Translations under genes and position numbers: made by a program
Shown here: piece by piece, positions 1 to 9,935 of the stretch
How the letters are laid out: each line of letters begins with the position of its first letter
How positions within the stretch are numbered: the stretch's first letter is position 1
Origin: Actinomycetota bacterium
GTDB taxonomy: Bacteria > Actinomycetota > Thermoleophilia > BMS3ABIN01
Direction of reading: 5' to 3'
Length of the DNA stretch: 64,000 nucleotides
NCBI GenBank assembly: GCA_023489275.1
Contig: JAMDDD010000005.1
Span: 1,023 to 65,022 of the forward strand
Notes under the pieces: generated by a model
What the model was told of the DNA's origin: nothing
Databases searched by the model: none
Seen by the model: the letters and a program-made list of their open reading frames with translations, nothing else

Positions 1-722
1 TTGCCCTTACCCCAGTTTCCGATCCAACCGCTTACGGCCTGGTGAAGCTGGGAGATGACGGGGAAGTGACTGGCTTTCTGGAAAAGCCCAGCTGGGACCA
101 GATCGATACAAACCTTGTCAACGCCGGCACCTACGTGCTGAAGAGCGAAGTCATCGGCATGATTCCCGCCGGCATTGAGTACTCGTTTGAGCGCGGCGTT
201 TTCCCCCGGCTGGTGGGGAAAGGCCTCTTCGGGTTTGGCAGCAGCGCCTACTGGATGGACATCGGCACGCCGGAAAAATATCTGCAGGCCCACTATGACA
301 TTCTGGAGAAAAATGTCAAAACGAGTGTTTCCGACTGCTTGAACAAGGATTTTATTTGTGTTGAAGATGGCGTCAAGCTGGAGGAAGGCGCCAAGCTGGT
401 GCCGCCGGTGATGATCGGGCCAGGTTCGGTGATCAAGGCCGGCGCTCGGATTGGCCGGATGGCGGTCGTGGGCCCCGGCTGCGTCATTGATGCGGGAAGC
501 ATTATCGAGGAATCCGTCATCCAGGAGGGCTGCGTGCTGGAGAAAAATGTCTCCGTCAAACGGAGCATCATCGCCCGCGGCGCCCGCGTCGGCGACCGGA
601 CGGTGGTAACGGCGGGCGCCGTTATCGGCGAAGAAGCGGTTGTAGGCGCTGATAACATTCTCGCCAATAACATCCGCATCTATCCGCAGACAACCATCCA
701 GGCCGGGACCATAAAGTTTTAG
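1..722 (+). CDS. NDP-sugar pyrophosphorylase (mannose-1-phosphate guanylyltransferase-like), 5'-truncated by the window edge
   Basis: Frame is open from the window start (ALTPVSDPTAYGLV...). FLEKP, NAGTY and YWMDIGTPEKY motifs, followed by C-terminal hexapeptide repeats. Confidence 0.85.
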   Translation, partial: ALTPVSDPTAYGLVKLGDDGEVTGFLEKPSWDQIDTNLVNAGTYVLKSEVIGMIPAGIEYSFERGVFPRLVGKGLFGFGSSAYWMDIGTPEKYLQAHYDILEKNVKTSVSDCLNKDFICVEDGVKLEEGAKLVPPVMIGPGSVIKAGARIGRMAVVGPGCVIDAGSIIEESVIQEGCVLEKNVSVKRSIIARGARVGDRTVVTAGAVIGEEAVVGADNILANNIRIYPQTTIQAGTIKF

Positions 723-809
723 GGCTGCCTGTCCTTAAAGGAGAATAATGGCGAGGCCGGGCGAAAAGGTTGCGGGCCAGGCCGCGTTAACCGTTAGCCC
801 TTTTGCAGC

Positions 810-2102
810 TTACCTTCCGATTCCTTCATAAGTAAATCCAGCGGCCCTGATCTTGTCCGGGTCGAGAAAATTGCGCCCGTCAATGATTAATGGATGGCGC
901 ATTCTTTGCTTCATTTCTGCGAGCGGCAGCTCGGCAAACTCGTCCCATTCGGTAACCAGAACGGCGGCGTCGCTGCCATCGACCGCGGAGAGCACGTCGT
1001 CGCAAAGAAGCACGCCCCGGACCGCCCGGGCGGCGTCCGGGATCGCCACCGGATCATATGCCTTCACGTACGCTCCGTCCCCGAGAAGGCGGGACGCGAG
1101 GACGATCGAGGATGCCTCCCTGAGGTCATTGGTGTTTGGCTTGAACGCCAGCCCCAGGAGAGCTATCGTCTTGTCGGTCAAGGTGCCCAGGTGTTTCTTG
1201 AGTTTGTTGACCACGCGCCGTTTTTGCAGTTCATTGACTTCAATCACCGCCGTGAGCAGCTGAAAATGATAGCCGGAATTGCCGGCGATCTGCTTCAGGG
1301 CCGTGACATCCTTGGGAAAGCACGAGCCGCCGAATCCGATGCCCGCGTTGAGGAAGGAATCGCCGATGCGCTGGTCGTATCCCATCCCCTCGGCGACGAC
1401 GCTGACATCGGCGCCGATCTCATCGCAGACATTCGCTATCTCATTGATAAAAGAAATCTTGGTTGCCAGGAAGGCGTTCGAGGCATACTTGATCATTTCC
1501 GCCGTCGCGAGGCCCGTCATCAGAATCGGCTTGTCCAGTTTCCGGTACAGGCGGGCCACCTTCTCGCCGGCCTCCGGAGCTTGCGAGCCGATGACGATCC
1601 GGTCCGGGTTGAGGAAGTCGCCGATCGCGGAGCCTTCGCGGAGAAACTCGGGATTGGAGACGTAATCGATGCTGCCTATTTTCTGGCGGTTTAACTCGCC
1701 GCTAATCTTGCCGCCGGTCCCAACCGGCACCGTGCTCTTCATCACCAGGATGTGATGCCCGTCAGGCATGCCTGGCAGCGAAGACATCACCGCAAACACG
1801 CGGCTTAAATCCGCGTCGCCGGTGAAAGTGGGAGGCGTGTCGACGGCGATAAACACGATCTCGCATTGCTTGAAAACGTCTTCCAGGGCGGCGGTAAAGT
1901 CCAGGCGCTCCCTGTTTTTTTCAATCAGCTCCGCCAGCCCCGGCTCGAATATGGGGATCTCCCCATTTTTCAGGGATTCAATCTTGACGGCGTCGATGTC
2001 CATGCAGACGACGCGATTGCCCAGCTCGGCCAGGCAGGTGGCGGTGACCAGGCCGACGTAGCCGATGCCGATCATGCCAATTTTTTCTTTTTCTGAACCC
2101 AA
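810..2102 (-). CDS. ugd: UDP-glucose/GDP-mannose 6-dehydrogenase
   Basis: GIGYVG Rossmann motif, KSTVPVGT, NPEFLREGSA, GFGGSCFPKD, FKPNTNDLRE. Confidence 0.93.
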   Translation of the reverse strand: MGSEKEKIGMIGIGYVGLVTATCLAELGNRVVCMDIDAVKIESLKNGEIPIFEPGLAELIEKNRERLDFTAALEDVFKQCEIVFIAVDTPPTFTGDADLSRVFAVMSSLPGMPDGHHILVMKSTVPVGTGGKISGELNRQKIGSIDYVSNPEFLREGSAIGDFLNPDRIVIGSQAPEAGEKVARLYRKLDKPILMTGLATAEMIKYASNAFLATKISFINEIANVCDEIGADVSVVAEGMGYDQRIGDSFLNAGIGFGGSCFPKDVTALKQIAGNSGYHFQLLTAVIEVNELQKRRVVNKLKKHLGTLTDKTIALLGLAFKPNTNDLREASSIVLASRLLGDGAYVKAYDPVAIPDAARAVRGVLLCDDVLSAVDGSDAAVLVTEWDEFAELPLAEMKQRMRHPLIIDGRNFLDPDKIRAAGFTYEGIGR

Positions 2103-2189
2103 TGGTTTCCCGCTTATAAATTGATAAGTTGCTTAAACTTTGATATCATGGAATTGCAGCTGGCAGAAACAGTATAGCCATTGCCGCCC

Positions 2190-3209
2190 TTACCCGGCAA
2201 CGGCCTGAAATACCTGTTCGTAATGATCGGCGGCGCTGTCAACGCTGAATTTGACCTTGACGTAATCGCGGCACTTCCGCGAGTCAATCCGGTCAACAGC
2301 CTCAAGCCGTTCGATCATCTCCTCGATATCGCCGACGACGAACCCGGAAATTCCGTCCGCCACTACCTCCGGCACGGATCCCTCCGGAAAAGCCAGTACC
2401 GGCGTGCCGGCCGCCATCGCTTCAATCATAACCATCCCGAAGGGCTCCGGCCACTGAATCGGGAATAAAAATGCCCTGGCCTTGGAGAACAGATTCCATT
2501 TTTCCGTCAGCGAAACCTCGCCCACGAAGCTGATCTGTTCTCCGTCGATCTCGGGCTTGACCACCGTCTCATAATAATCCCGGTTGACCTGCTGGACGGC
2601 TCCGGCGATGATCAGCCTGCTGCCGGTCCGCTTGGCGACTTCGATGGCGGTGTGAAACCCCTTGTCGGCACAAATCCGGCCGAAGGCAAGCAGGTAGTCT
2701 TCCTTGTCAGCCCGATCGACGAACGGCAGCTCTTCGACATCGATTGGATTGTAGACGGTGCCCGCATATTGCAGGCTCGGACAGCAGCTGCGCTGGTAAT
2801 CGCTGATGGCGACGTAATGGGCCGAGTCGTGGAAGGTTTCGTAAAAGGCGCAGTTATCGCCGCTGAAGGGGCCGTGGAGCGTATGCACCAGCGGCGTGTC
2901 TATCAGCTGGGCAAACGGGACGGCGGCAAAACCGGAATGGTCATGGATGACGTCGAAATCACGGGCCTGACGGAAGCAGCTTGCCACGTTCTTGACATCA
3001 TACATTGTCTGTCCGATGCGATCCGGCATCTGCCGCGGGAAAGGCGACACCAGGTTCGCCCTGGTGACGGAATCGCCAGGAGCAAACAGCGTCACTTCGT
3101 GGCCACGGTCAACAAGCGCGTCCGTGAGGTAGTGGACAACCCACTCAATGCCTCCATAACCCCCCGGCGGGATTTTGATCCAGGGAGGAGCCAGCATGGC
3201 GATCTTCAA
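2190..3209 (-). CDS. Glycosyltransferase family 4
   Basis: PPGGYGGIE N-terminus and WPEPFGMVMIEAMAAGTPV GT4 motif. Confidence 0.9.
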   Translation of the reverse strand: MKIAMLAPPWIKIPPGGYGGIEWVVHYLTDALVDRGHEVTLFAPGDSVTRANLVSPFPRQMPDRIGQTMYDVKNVASCFRQARDFDVIHDHSGFAAVPFAQLIDTPLVHTLHGPFSGDNCAFYETFHDSAHYVAISDYQRSCCPSLQYAGTVYNPIDVEELPFVDRADKEDYLLAFGRICADKGFHTAIEVAKRTGSRLIIAGAVQQVNRDYYETVVKPEIDGEQISFVGEVSLTEKWNLFSKARAFLFPIQWPEPFGMVMIEAMAAGTPVLAFPEGSVPEVVADGISGFVVGDIEEMIERLEAVDRIDSRKCRDYVKVKFSVDSAADHYEQVFQAVAG

Positions 3210-3392
3210 AATGTCACATCCCTTTTCTTAGCTGTTCATACAACTGAATCCGGGTAAGATGCCGCCCCGCACTTCGCTACCGCTCAGCACCGGCTCCGCG
3301 AAGGTTTTGCTTTTAAAGCAGAACCCGGTCGCATCGCTCCCCGGAATGACAAACCGTTTTCCAGCCGGTCCGGATTGGGTGATCACTTTTCC

Positions 3393-4487
3393 TTACAATT
3401 TCTGGTCCGGAGATTCGCCGCGGGCGGTTTCTCCGGTAGCTGCACGGTCACAACCGGCGGCCTTGATCCCTGCCCGTTTCAGGGCCGCGTCCACTCTTTC
3501 GGTCAAGAAGCTGATTATTTGAGCCGGAGTTTCGCCGGTGATGGAGGCGCCGGCTGCCTGCACATGACCGCCGCCTCCTTTTGCCTTGGCGATTCTCTGC
3601 ACGCTGATTCTTTCGGTTGACGATCTCAGGCTGATCCGGTAGAGAGGCGCGCCGCCGCCCTGGTTGCCGGACTGGGCGTAAATGAGGGCAGCCACGAGGA
3701 CGCCGTCGATGGCGCGGAGGCTGTCCACCAGCCCCTCGGTAGCGCTGCCGTCAGCGCCGGTTTCATTAAAGTCTGACATTTCCAGAACCGCCGCGGCCAG
3801 GCGCCCGCCGCAGGCAATCGTCAGCCGGTCAAACATGCGGCAGGAAAGCTTTACTTTTGACAGCGGCACTGTTTCATATACATACCGGAAAATAGCGGTG
3901 TGATCCACCCCCCGGCTGATCAGATCGGCTGCCACCCGGAAAGTGGACGGGGAGGCCGAAGCGTACTGAAAACGCCCGCTGTCAACCAGTATGCCGGTGT
4001 AAAGCGCTTCGGCAATCTCGGGGGATACATTGACTTCCATTCTTTGCAACAGAAAAAACAGAATCTCGGCCGTCGAACTGGCGCCGCCGACGACGAGGTT
4101 GATCTCACCAAAACGGGTATTGTCGGCGTGGTGGTCGATATTGATGATACGCGGCGCCGCCCGAACCAGATCATCATTGCCGATCCGCTCGGCGTTGCCG
4201 CAGTCGACCGCCACCAGCGTGCGGAACTGGTAGTCGTCCGGAAGACCGCCCCGGATCACTTCCGCCAGGCCCGCCAGGAAGCGCCATTCCACGGCGACGG
4301 GCTCAGTCGAAGCCAGATACATGATGCTGTCGACTCCCAACTGGGTCAGCGCCCGGTGGAGGGCAATCATCGAGCCAGCGGCATCTCCATCCGGATTCAC
4401 GTGACAGGTTATCAACACCCTCGCTTCAGCCTTGAGGGCCTCCGCAACGGCTTGCAAAGCCTGTTCGACGGGATTGACGGTTGCCAC
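3393..4487 (-). CDS. nrnA: DHH/DHHA1 phosphoesterase (NrnA-like oligoribonuclease/PAP phosphatase); start uncertain
   Basis: HVNPDGDAAGS, IDHH, GILVDSGRF and GGGGHVQAAG motifs. Confidence 0.85.
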   Translation of the reverse strand: MATVNPVEQALQAVAEALKAEARVLITCHVNPDGDAAGSMIALHRALTQLGVDSIMYLASTEPVAVEWRFLAGLAEVIRGGLPDDYQFRTLVAVDCGNAERIGNDDLVRAAPRIINIDHHADNTRFGEINLVVGGASSTAEILFFLLQRMEVNVSPEIAEALYTGILVDSGRFQYASASPSTFRVAADLISRGVDHTAIFRYVYETVPLSKVKLSCRMFDRLTIACGGRLAAAVLEMSDFNETGADGSATEGLVDSLRAIDGVLVAALIYAQSGNQGGGAPLYRISLRSSTERISVQRIAKAKGGGGHVQAAGASITGETPAQIISFLTERVDAALKRAGIKAAGCDRAATGETARGESPDQKL

Positions 4488-4506
4488 TTGTTTTACCGGT
4501 AGAACA

Positions 4507-5946
4507 TCAACTGCGGGTCTCGCTGGGCTTCCCCGCGGCAGGAACCGGGCCGCCTGTCCCCAGAGGAGCAAGGTAATTGCGGCCGTCAGCGAATTCCTGC
4601 GCCGCTTTAAGGATGCGCCGCATGTGTCCCAACGTCAGGTTTCTGGTTAATAACCCGTGCACCAGAGGCCAGACCCTTTTTGCGACTATGCCTGAACTTA
4701 CGTAGGCTGCCCGGTAGAGCCCGGCCAGCTCCTTGTAGAACTCGGCGGGATCGAGCTTGGTCGGCAGCACCGAGTGAAGGAAATCGTAAAGTTCATAATT
4801 TCTGTAAACAATCTTGCTCTCGATCTCCCGGAAAAGATCCGTTCCCGGCAGCGGCGTCAGCACCGAGAACTGCGGCACATTAATGCCATGCGCCAGCACA
4901 TACTTTCGCAGCCGCTCAAACTCCTGGTGGCCGTAATCCGGCTTGATGATAAATGCGCCGGTCACGGAGATGCCATATCTGTGAATAACTTTTAGCGCTT
5001 CCTCGTTGGCCTCGACACTGTTCCTCTTGTTGACCGCTTTCAGCTCGTTTTGATCGACGCTTTCAAAGCCGATGAAAATATGTGACAGGCCGGCTTTTTT
5101 CCATTTGGCGATGATCCCCGGATGTTTGACAATGGTATCGCTCCGGGCCTGGAAGGAGTACTGTTTCTTAATGCCCCGCGCCTCGAGCTGATCGGCGATG
5201 TCGCTGGCTCTTTTGACGTTTTGCAAGAAATTGTCATCGGTGATCAGAACAAATTTTTCTTTAAGCCCGGCCAGCTCATCGGCCACCCGTTCCGGGCTCT
5301 TGGTCCGGCACCGCCCTTCATAGAATGCCCAGACGCTGCAGAAGTTGCAGCGGTACGGGCAACCCCGGGATGTCTCTATCGCCGCCAGCGGCTTCCAGAA
5401 ATTGAAGAAATACCGGCGGCGGCCGTGGGGCAACAAATCGCGCGCCGGGAAAGGCAGATCGTCCATTTTATCAATCGGGGGGCGCTTCCCGGTGAAGCGC
5501 AGGCCGCTCGCATTATTGATGACCAGGCCGCGAACATCGCTCAAATCAGCGCCGTCGCGGAGCGCATTAACGAGCTCCAGGGAGCCGGCCTCGCCTTCGC
5601 CGACGACGATGCAGTCAACCGCCGGATTGTTGAAATCGGAGGGATTCAGGGAGGCGTGCAGGCCGCCAATAAACACGAATGGCGCGCCGCTCGCCTTTGC
5701 CTTTTCCGCTATTTTCTGGCTCCGGTAAACATCTATGGTAAAGCAGCAACTAATCCCGACCGCACCGGGCTTGTATGAGCGGATGGCGCTTTCGATATCT
5801 TCATCAATGCGCATGTCATGAATACGAACGTCGTGTTCAGCCCGGAGAGCGCCGGCGACCATTTCCAGCCCCAGCGGCTCCACCAGCGCTACCTTGGTAA
5901 ATCCCGGTGTACCAAATTGTGGTGGTTGTACAAGGAGAACTTTCAC
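4507..5946 (-). CDS. B12-binding radical SAM protein (BchE/HpnR-like class B)
   Basis: N-terminal cobalamin-binding domain (EPLGL..GGLH..VVGEGE), SRGCPYRCNFC motif and LTPLPGT. Confidence 0.85.
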   Translation of the reverse strand: MKVLLVQPPQFGTPGFTKVALVEPLGLEMVAGALRAEHDVRIHDMRIDEDIESAIRSYKPGAVGISCCFTIDVYRSQKIAEKAKASGAPFVFIGGLHASLNPSDFNNPAVDCIVVGEGEAGSLELVNALRDGADLSDVRGLVINNASGLRFTGKRPPIDKMDDLPFPARDLLPHGRRRYFFNFWKPLAAIETSRGCPYRCNFCSVWAFYEGRCRTKSPERVADELAGLKEKFVLITDDNFLQNVKRASDIADQLEARGIKKQYSFQARSDTIVKHPGIIAKWKKAGLSHIFIGFESVDQNELKAVNKRNSVEANEEALKVIHRYGISVTGAFIIKPDYGHQEFERLRKYVLAHGINVPQFSVLTPLPGTDLFREIESKIVYRNYELYDFLHSVLPTKLDPAEFYKELAGLYRAAYVSSGIVAKRVWPLVHGLLTRNLTLGHMRRILKAAQEFADGRNYLAPLGTGGPVPAAGKPSETRS

Positions 5947-6090
5947 ATGTGCTTCCTGCCCGTTTTTTATTGCTATGAATCCTAGACGATCGATTGAAAA
6001 GAAGCAAAAAAGGCAATTTGCAGGTTACAGGATAACTGGAGTCCGATTGTCGATGCCGGTTTTTAATTAGCAGGAATCCGGCCAGGAGGA

Positions 6091-8640
6091 ATGATGCACG
6101 ACCTGGGACAGGCCCCGATCAAGGGCATTTCCGAAGCTGAAGCGGCAAGGAGGCTGGCGGCGGAAGGCTTCAATGAGCTGCCTGCGGGAGGCAGACTCGG
6201 CTTTTTCACCAAGCTGCTGAACGTCGCCAGAGAGCCGATGTTCATCCTTCTCCTGGGCGCCGGGTTTCTCTACCTGGCTCTGGGCAACACAACCGAAGCG
6301 CTGGTGCTGCTATTTTTTGTTTTTGTCATCATAGGAATCACATTTTATCAAGAAAGAAAGACAGAGCATGCGCTGGATTCCCTCCGGGATCTTTCCAGCC
6401 CGCGGGCCAGGGTTATCCGCGATGGGGAGGTCAAACGAATCGCCGGACGCGAAGTTGTCCGTGGCGATCTCCTTGTTGTCGATGAGGGCGACCGGGTGCC
6501 GGCGGATTGCGTTCTGCTGTCATGCGTCAATCTTTTTGTTGACGAGTCGCTGCTGACGGGGGAATCGGCCCCGGTGCGCAAGGCTGCCGGCAAGCCGGCA
6601 CGGAAGGCGGGTCCGCCGGGCGGGGAAGGAACTCCTTTTATTTATTCCGGCACCATGGTAGTCAAGGGCAAGGGGTTTGCCAGGGTTCTGGAGACCGGCG
6701 AGGCCACCCGGATGGGAGGAATCGGCAAATCCCTGGAATCTGTTTCCCCGGAAAAGACGCCGCTGCAGAAGGAAAGCGGGCGCCTGGTCCGCAATTTTGC
6801 TCTGGCCGGATTGTCAATTTGCGCTTTTGTGATAGTTCTCTACGGGGCCGTGGAGCGGGCCTGGCTCAGCGGCCTGCTGGCAGGAATTACCCTGGCGATG
6901 GCCATCCTTCCGGAAGAAATCCCGGTGGTGCTAATTGTCTTTCTCGCCCTGGGAGCGTGGCGCATATCGCGGAACCACGTGCTTACCCGGCGCTTGGCCG
7001 CGATTGAGATCCTCGGCGCCGCGACCATCTTGTGCGTTGACAAAACCGGAACCCTGACCGAGAACCGGATGTCAGTGGGCAAGCTTTTTGCAAACGGAGT
7101 TTTTCTTGATATTCCCGGCAGATCCGGGGCGGTCGTCCTGCCGGAAGGATTCCGTGAACTGGTCCGGTACGGCATTCTGGCCAGCCAGAGAGACCCGTTT
7201 GATCCGATGGAAAAAGCAATCGCAGAGCTGGGAAAGCAGGGAGTCGAGCCAGTCCGGCAACCCCAGGATGACTGGAGCCTGGTGCGCTCTTATCCTCTTT
7301 CGGAAAAAATGCTGGCGCTGACACAGGTATGGCGGCCGCCCGAATCGGCGGAGTATGTAATTGCCGCTAAAGGAGCCCCTGAGGCAATTGCAGATCTGTG
7401 CCACATTGATCCGCAAACCGCGAGCGTGATTGAAAAAGAAGCCGGCGAGATGGCGGCGTCAGGGTTAAGAGTCCTGGGAGTAGCCCGCAGCCGGCTGGGA
7501 CTTGTGCGTCTGCCGGACGGCCCTCACGGTTTTAATTTTAAATTCGTGGGGTTGCTGGGGCTGGCTGACCCGGTGCGGCCGGGTGTGCCGGACGCCATCA
7601 GGGAATGCCAGAGCGCGGGAGTTCGCGTTCTCATGATCACAGGCGATTATCCGGGGACGGCCCGTAATATCGCCTCCCGTATCGGGCTCAGGCATGACCG
7701 GGCCGTTGTTACGGGCCCGGAGCTTGATGCAATGACAGAAGAAGAACTCGGCGCGCGCATCGGCGACGCCGCCGTCTTTGCGCGGGTGGTGCCGGCGCAA
7801 AAACTCCGGCTCGTTCGCGCCCTCAAGGCAAGCGGGGAGATTGTCGCGATGACGGGAGACGGCGTCAACGACGCGCCGGCGCTGAAGGCGGCCCATATCG
7901 GGGTCGCCATGGGCGGCCGGGGAACCGATGTGGCCCGTGAGGCCGCGGCGCTTGTTCTCACCGACGATGATTTTTCCTCGATTGTGCAGGCGGTGCGCCT
8001 GGGCCGGCGAATTTATGACAACATCCGCAAGGCGGTGACCTATACCTTCGCCGTGCACACGCCGATCATCGGCCTGACGCTAATCCCGCTTTTTTTTGGC
8101 TGGCCGCTCGTGCTTTTCCCGGTTCACATTGTCTTCCTGGAGCTGATCATCGACCCGGCCTGCTCGATTGTGTTTGAGGCAGAACCGGCGGAATCCGATG
8201 TGATGAGGAGGCCTCCCCGGGACCCCGGAACGCCACTTTTTGGCTGGCAGGGCCTTTCCTTCAGCATACTCCAGGGGCTGAGCGTGCTGGCGGTAGTGAT
8301 GGCTTGCTTCATTTTCTTTTTTTACCGCGGTTATGACGAGGGTTCTGTCCGGGCGCTGACTTTTTCCACCCTGATTTTTGCCAATGCCGGATTGATCATG
8401 GCAAATCGCTCCTGGACCCGGACGATGATCGCCACGCTCAAGTCTCCCAACGCCTCGTTCTGGTGGCTCCTGGCCGGAATTGCTATCGTGCTGACGCTGG
8501 TACTTTATGTTCCGGCTCTGAACCGGCTGTTTCTCTTCGACCGGCTGGCGCTGCCGGAACTCACGGTCAGCCTCGCGGCGGGTGCTTTCATAATTTTCTG
8601 GCTGGAGGCGCTAAAATATCTGCGAAGGCGGCTGACCTGA
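6091..8640 (+). CDS. Cation-transporting P-type ATPase (type II)
   Basis: DESLLTGES, PEE, DKTGTLT, KGAPE, MITGD and TGDGVNDAPALK motifs. Confidence 0.92.
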   Translation: MMHDLGQAPIKGISEAEAARRLAAEGFNELPAGGRLGFFTKLLNVAREPMFILLLGAGFLYLALGNTTEALVLLFFVFVIIGITFYQERKTEHALDSLRDLSSPRARVIRDGEVKRIAGREVVRGDLLVVDEGDRVPADCVLLSCVNLFVDESLLTGESAPVRKAAGKPARKAGPPGGEGTPFIYSGTMVVKGKGFARVLETGEATRMGGIGKSLESVSPEKTPLQKESGRLVRNFALAGLSICAFVIVLYGAVERAWLSGLLAGITLAMAILPEEIPVVLIVFLALGAWRISRNHVLTRRLAAIEILGAATILCVDKTGTLTENRMSVGKLFANGVFLDIPGRSGAVVLPEGFRELVRYGILASQRDPFDPMEKAIAELGKQGVEPVRQPQDDWSLVRSYPLSEKMLALTQVWRPPESAEYVIAAKGAPEAIADLCHIDPQTASVIEKEAGEMAASGLRVLGVARSRLGLVRLPDGPHGFNFKFVGLLGLADPVRPGVPDAIRECQSAGVRVLMITGDYPGTARNIASRIGLRHDRAVVTGPELDAMTEEELGARIGDAAVFARVVPAQKLRLVRALKASGEIVAMTGDGVNDAPALKAAHIGVAMGGRGTDVAREAAALVLTDDDFSSIVQAVRLGRRIYDNIRKAVTYTFAVHTPIIGLTLIPLFFGWPLVLFPVHIVFLELIIDPACSIVFEAEPAESDVMRRPPRDPGTPLFGWQGLSFSILQGLSVLAVVMACFIFFFYRGYDEGSVRALTFSTLIFANAGLIMANRSWTRTMIATLKSPNASFWWLLAGIAIVLTLVLYVPALNRLFLFDRLALPELTVSLAAGAFIIFWLEALKYLRRRLT

Positions 8641-8723
8641 GGCTTGCTGGGCCGGAAGTCGGGAGAGCCGGCATTTCTGCTCATACGGGGCCGGTTCCGC
8701 ATTCTCGATAACTGCCTCCGGCA

Positions 8724-8799
8724 TGGCGCCCCGAGAAGGAATCGAACCTTCGACCTACCGCTTAGGAGGCGGTCGCTCTATCCCCTGAGCTATCGGGGC
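8724..8799 (-). tRNA. tRNA-Arg(CCT)
   Basis: Reverse complement GCCCCGATAGCTCAGGGGATAGAGCGACCGCCTCCTAAGCGGTAGGTCGAAGGTTCGATTCCTTCTCGGGGCGCCA folds as a cloverleaf with anticodon CCT and an encoded CCA end. Confidence 0.95.
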
Positions 8800-8897
8800 G
8801 AAATAGCAGACGGTGGATGGCAGATTGTGGATGACAGATTAACCAAAGCCTTCCATTGTCAATCCGGCATCCAGTCTCCGGCATCGGTTTAATTATT

Positions 8898-9839
8898 TTA
8901 GCCTGTGGCGCAGAGCAAAATTTCTTCCACCATTTGGCTAAAGCTTAAGCCCGCAGATTGAGCCGCCATCGGCAACAGGCTCGTTTCCGTAAAGCCGGGG
9001 ATGGTATTGATCTCCAGGCACCAGAGGCCGCCGCTTTCATCCAGGATCAGGTCTACCCGCCCGAAACCGGCGCACTGGAGGGAATTAAAGGCCTGTAGCG
9101 ATATTTCCACAGCCCGGCTGGCGAGGTCCGGCGGAATCTCGGCCGGGACAACGTAATCGGCTTTGCCGATCGTGTAACGTGACTCAAAATCGAAGAACTC
9201 GGTTTTGGGAATCGCTTCAACGACCGGCAATGCCCGCGGCTCCTTGCCGATAATGCTGACGGCCAGCTCGCGGCCCTTGACATATTTCTCCAGCAACACC
9301 TTATTGTCAAAACTGAACGCAGATATCAAAGCTGCCGGGAGCTGCTCGGCGTTGTGGGCGAACCTGACGCCAAGCGCCGATCCCTGCCCGGAAGGTTTGA
9401 CCACGATCGGGAATTCCAGCTCTTTAGCTATGATCGGCATTGTATCAACCGCGCCCAGTTCCTGGAAAGCGTCCCGGTTAAAGGCGTAAAAACGTGGCGT
9501 TGGGATGCCGTCCGCGACAAATATATGCTTGGAGAGCACTTTGTCCATGCAACGGATCGACGGCAGCACCGCCGAGCCGGTATACGGGATGCCGAGAATG
9601 TCCAGGAGTTCCTGGACGGTGCCGTCCTCGCCGCTTTTGCCGTGCATGGCGATAAAGGCGGCATCCGGTTTCATCTCCTTCAATCGGCGAACGAGACGGG
9701 CGTCAACGTCGATTCCTTCGACGCTGTAGCCAAGCTCCACCAGCGCTTTTTCCACCCGGGCGCCGGACTTGAGCGATATGTTGCGCTCCAGGGACCTGCC
9801 GCCCTTCAAGACCGCTACCTTCCCGATTTTTTTACTCAT
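8898..9839 (-). CDS. ddl: D-alanine--D-alanine ligase
   Basis: GGRSLERNISLKSG, HGKSGEDGTVQ, GSALG and LEINTIPGFTETS motifs. Confidence 0.93.
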   Translation of the reverse strand: MSKKIGKVAVLKGGRSLERNISLKSGARVEKALVELGYSVEGIDVDARLVRRLKEMKPDAAFIAMHGKSGEDGTVQELLDILGIPYTGSAVLPSIRCMDKVLSKHIFVADGIPTPRFYAFNRDAFQELGAVDTMPIIAKELEFPIVVKPSGQGSALGVRFAHNAEQLPAALISAFSFDNKVLLEKYVKGRELAVSIIGKEPRALPVVEAIPKTEFFDFESRYTIGKADYVVPAEIPPDLASRAVEISLQAFNSLQCAGFGRVDLILDESGGLWCLEINTIPGFTETSLLPMAAQSAGLSFSQMVEEILLCATG

Positions 9840-9935
9840 CCCTTCCCTCCCGGTTTTAGGGAAATAGTTATTTCTGAAAACAACTCGCTCATATAGTCAA
9901 TTGTATATTTGCGAGGGCTTGATGAGAATGACGCT

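Noticed and set aside
4507-5946. The B12 radical SAM enzyme as maturase for the peptides
   Set aside because: It is about 30 kb away, has no RRE or SPASM domain, and sits in a housekeeping context.
8724-8799. tRNA-Arg or tRNA-Gln as island integration sites
   Set aside because: No integrase and no duplicated tRNA 3' end were seen in the window.
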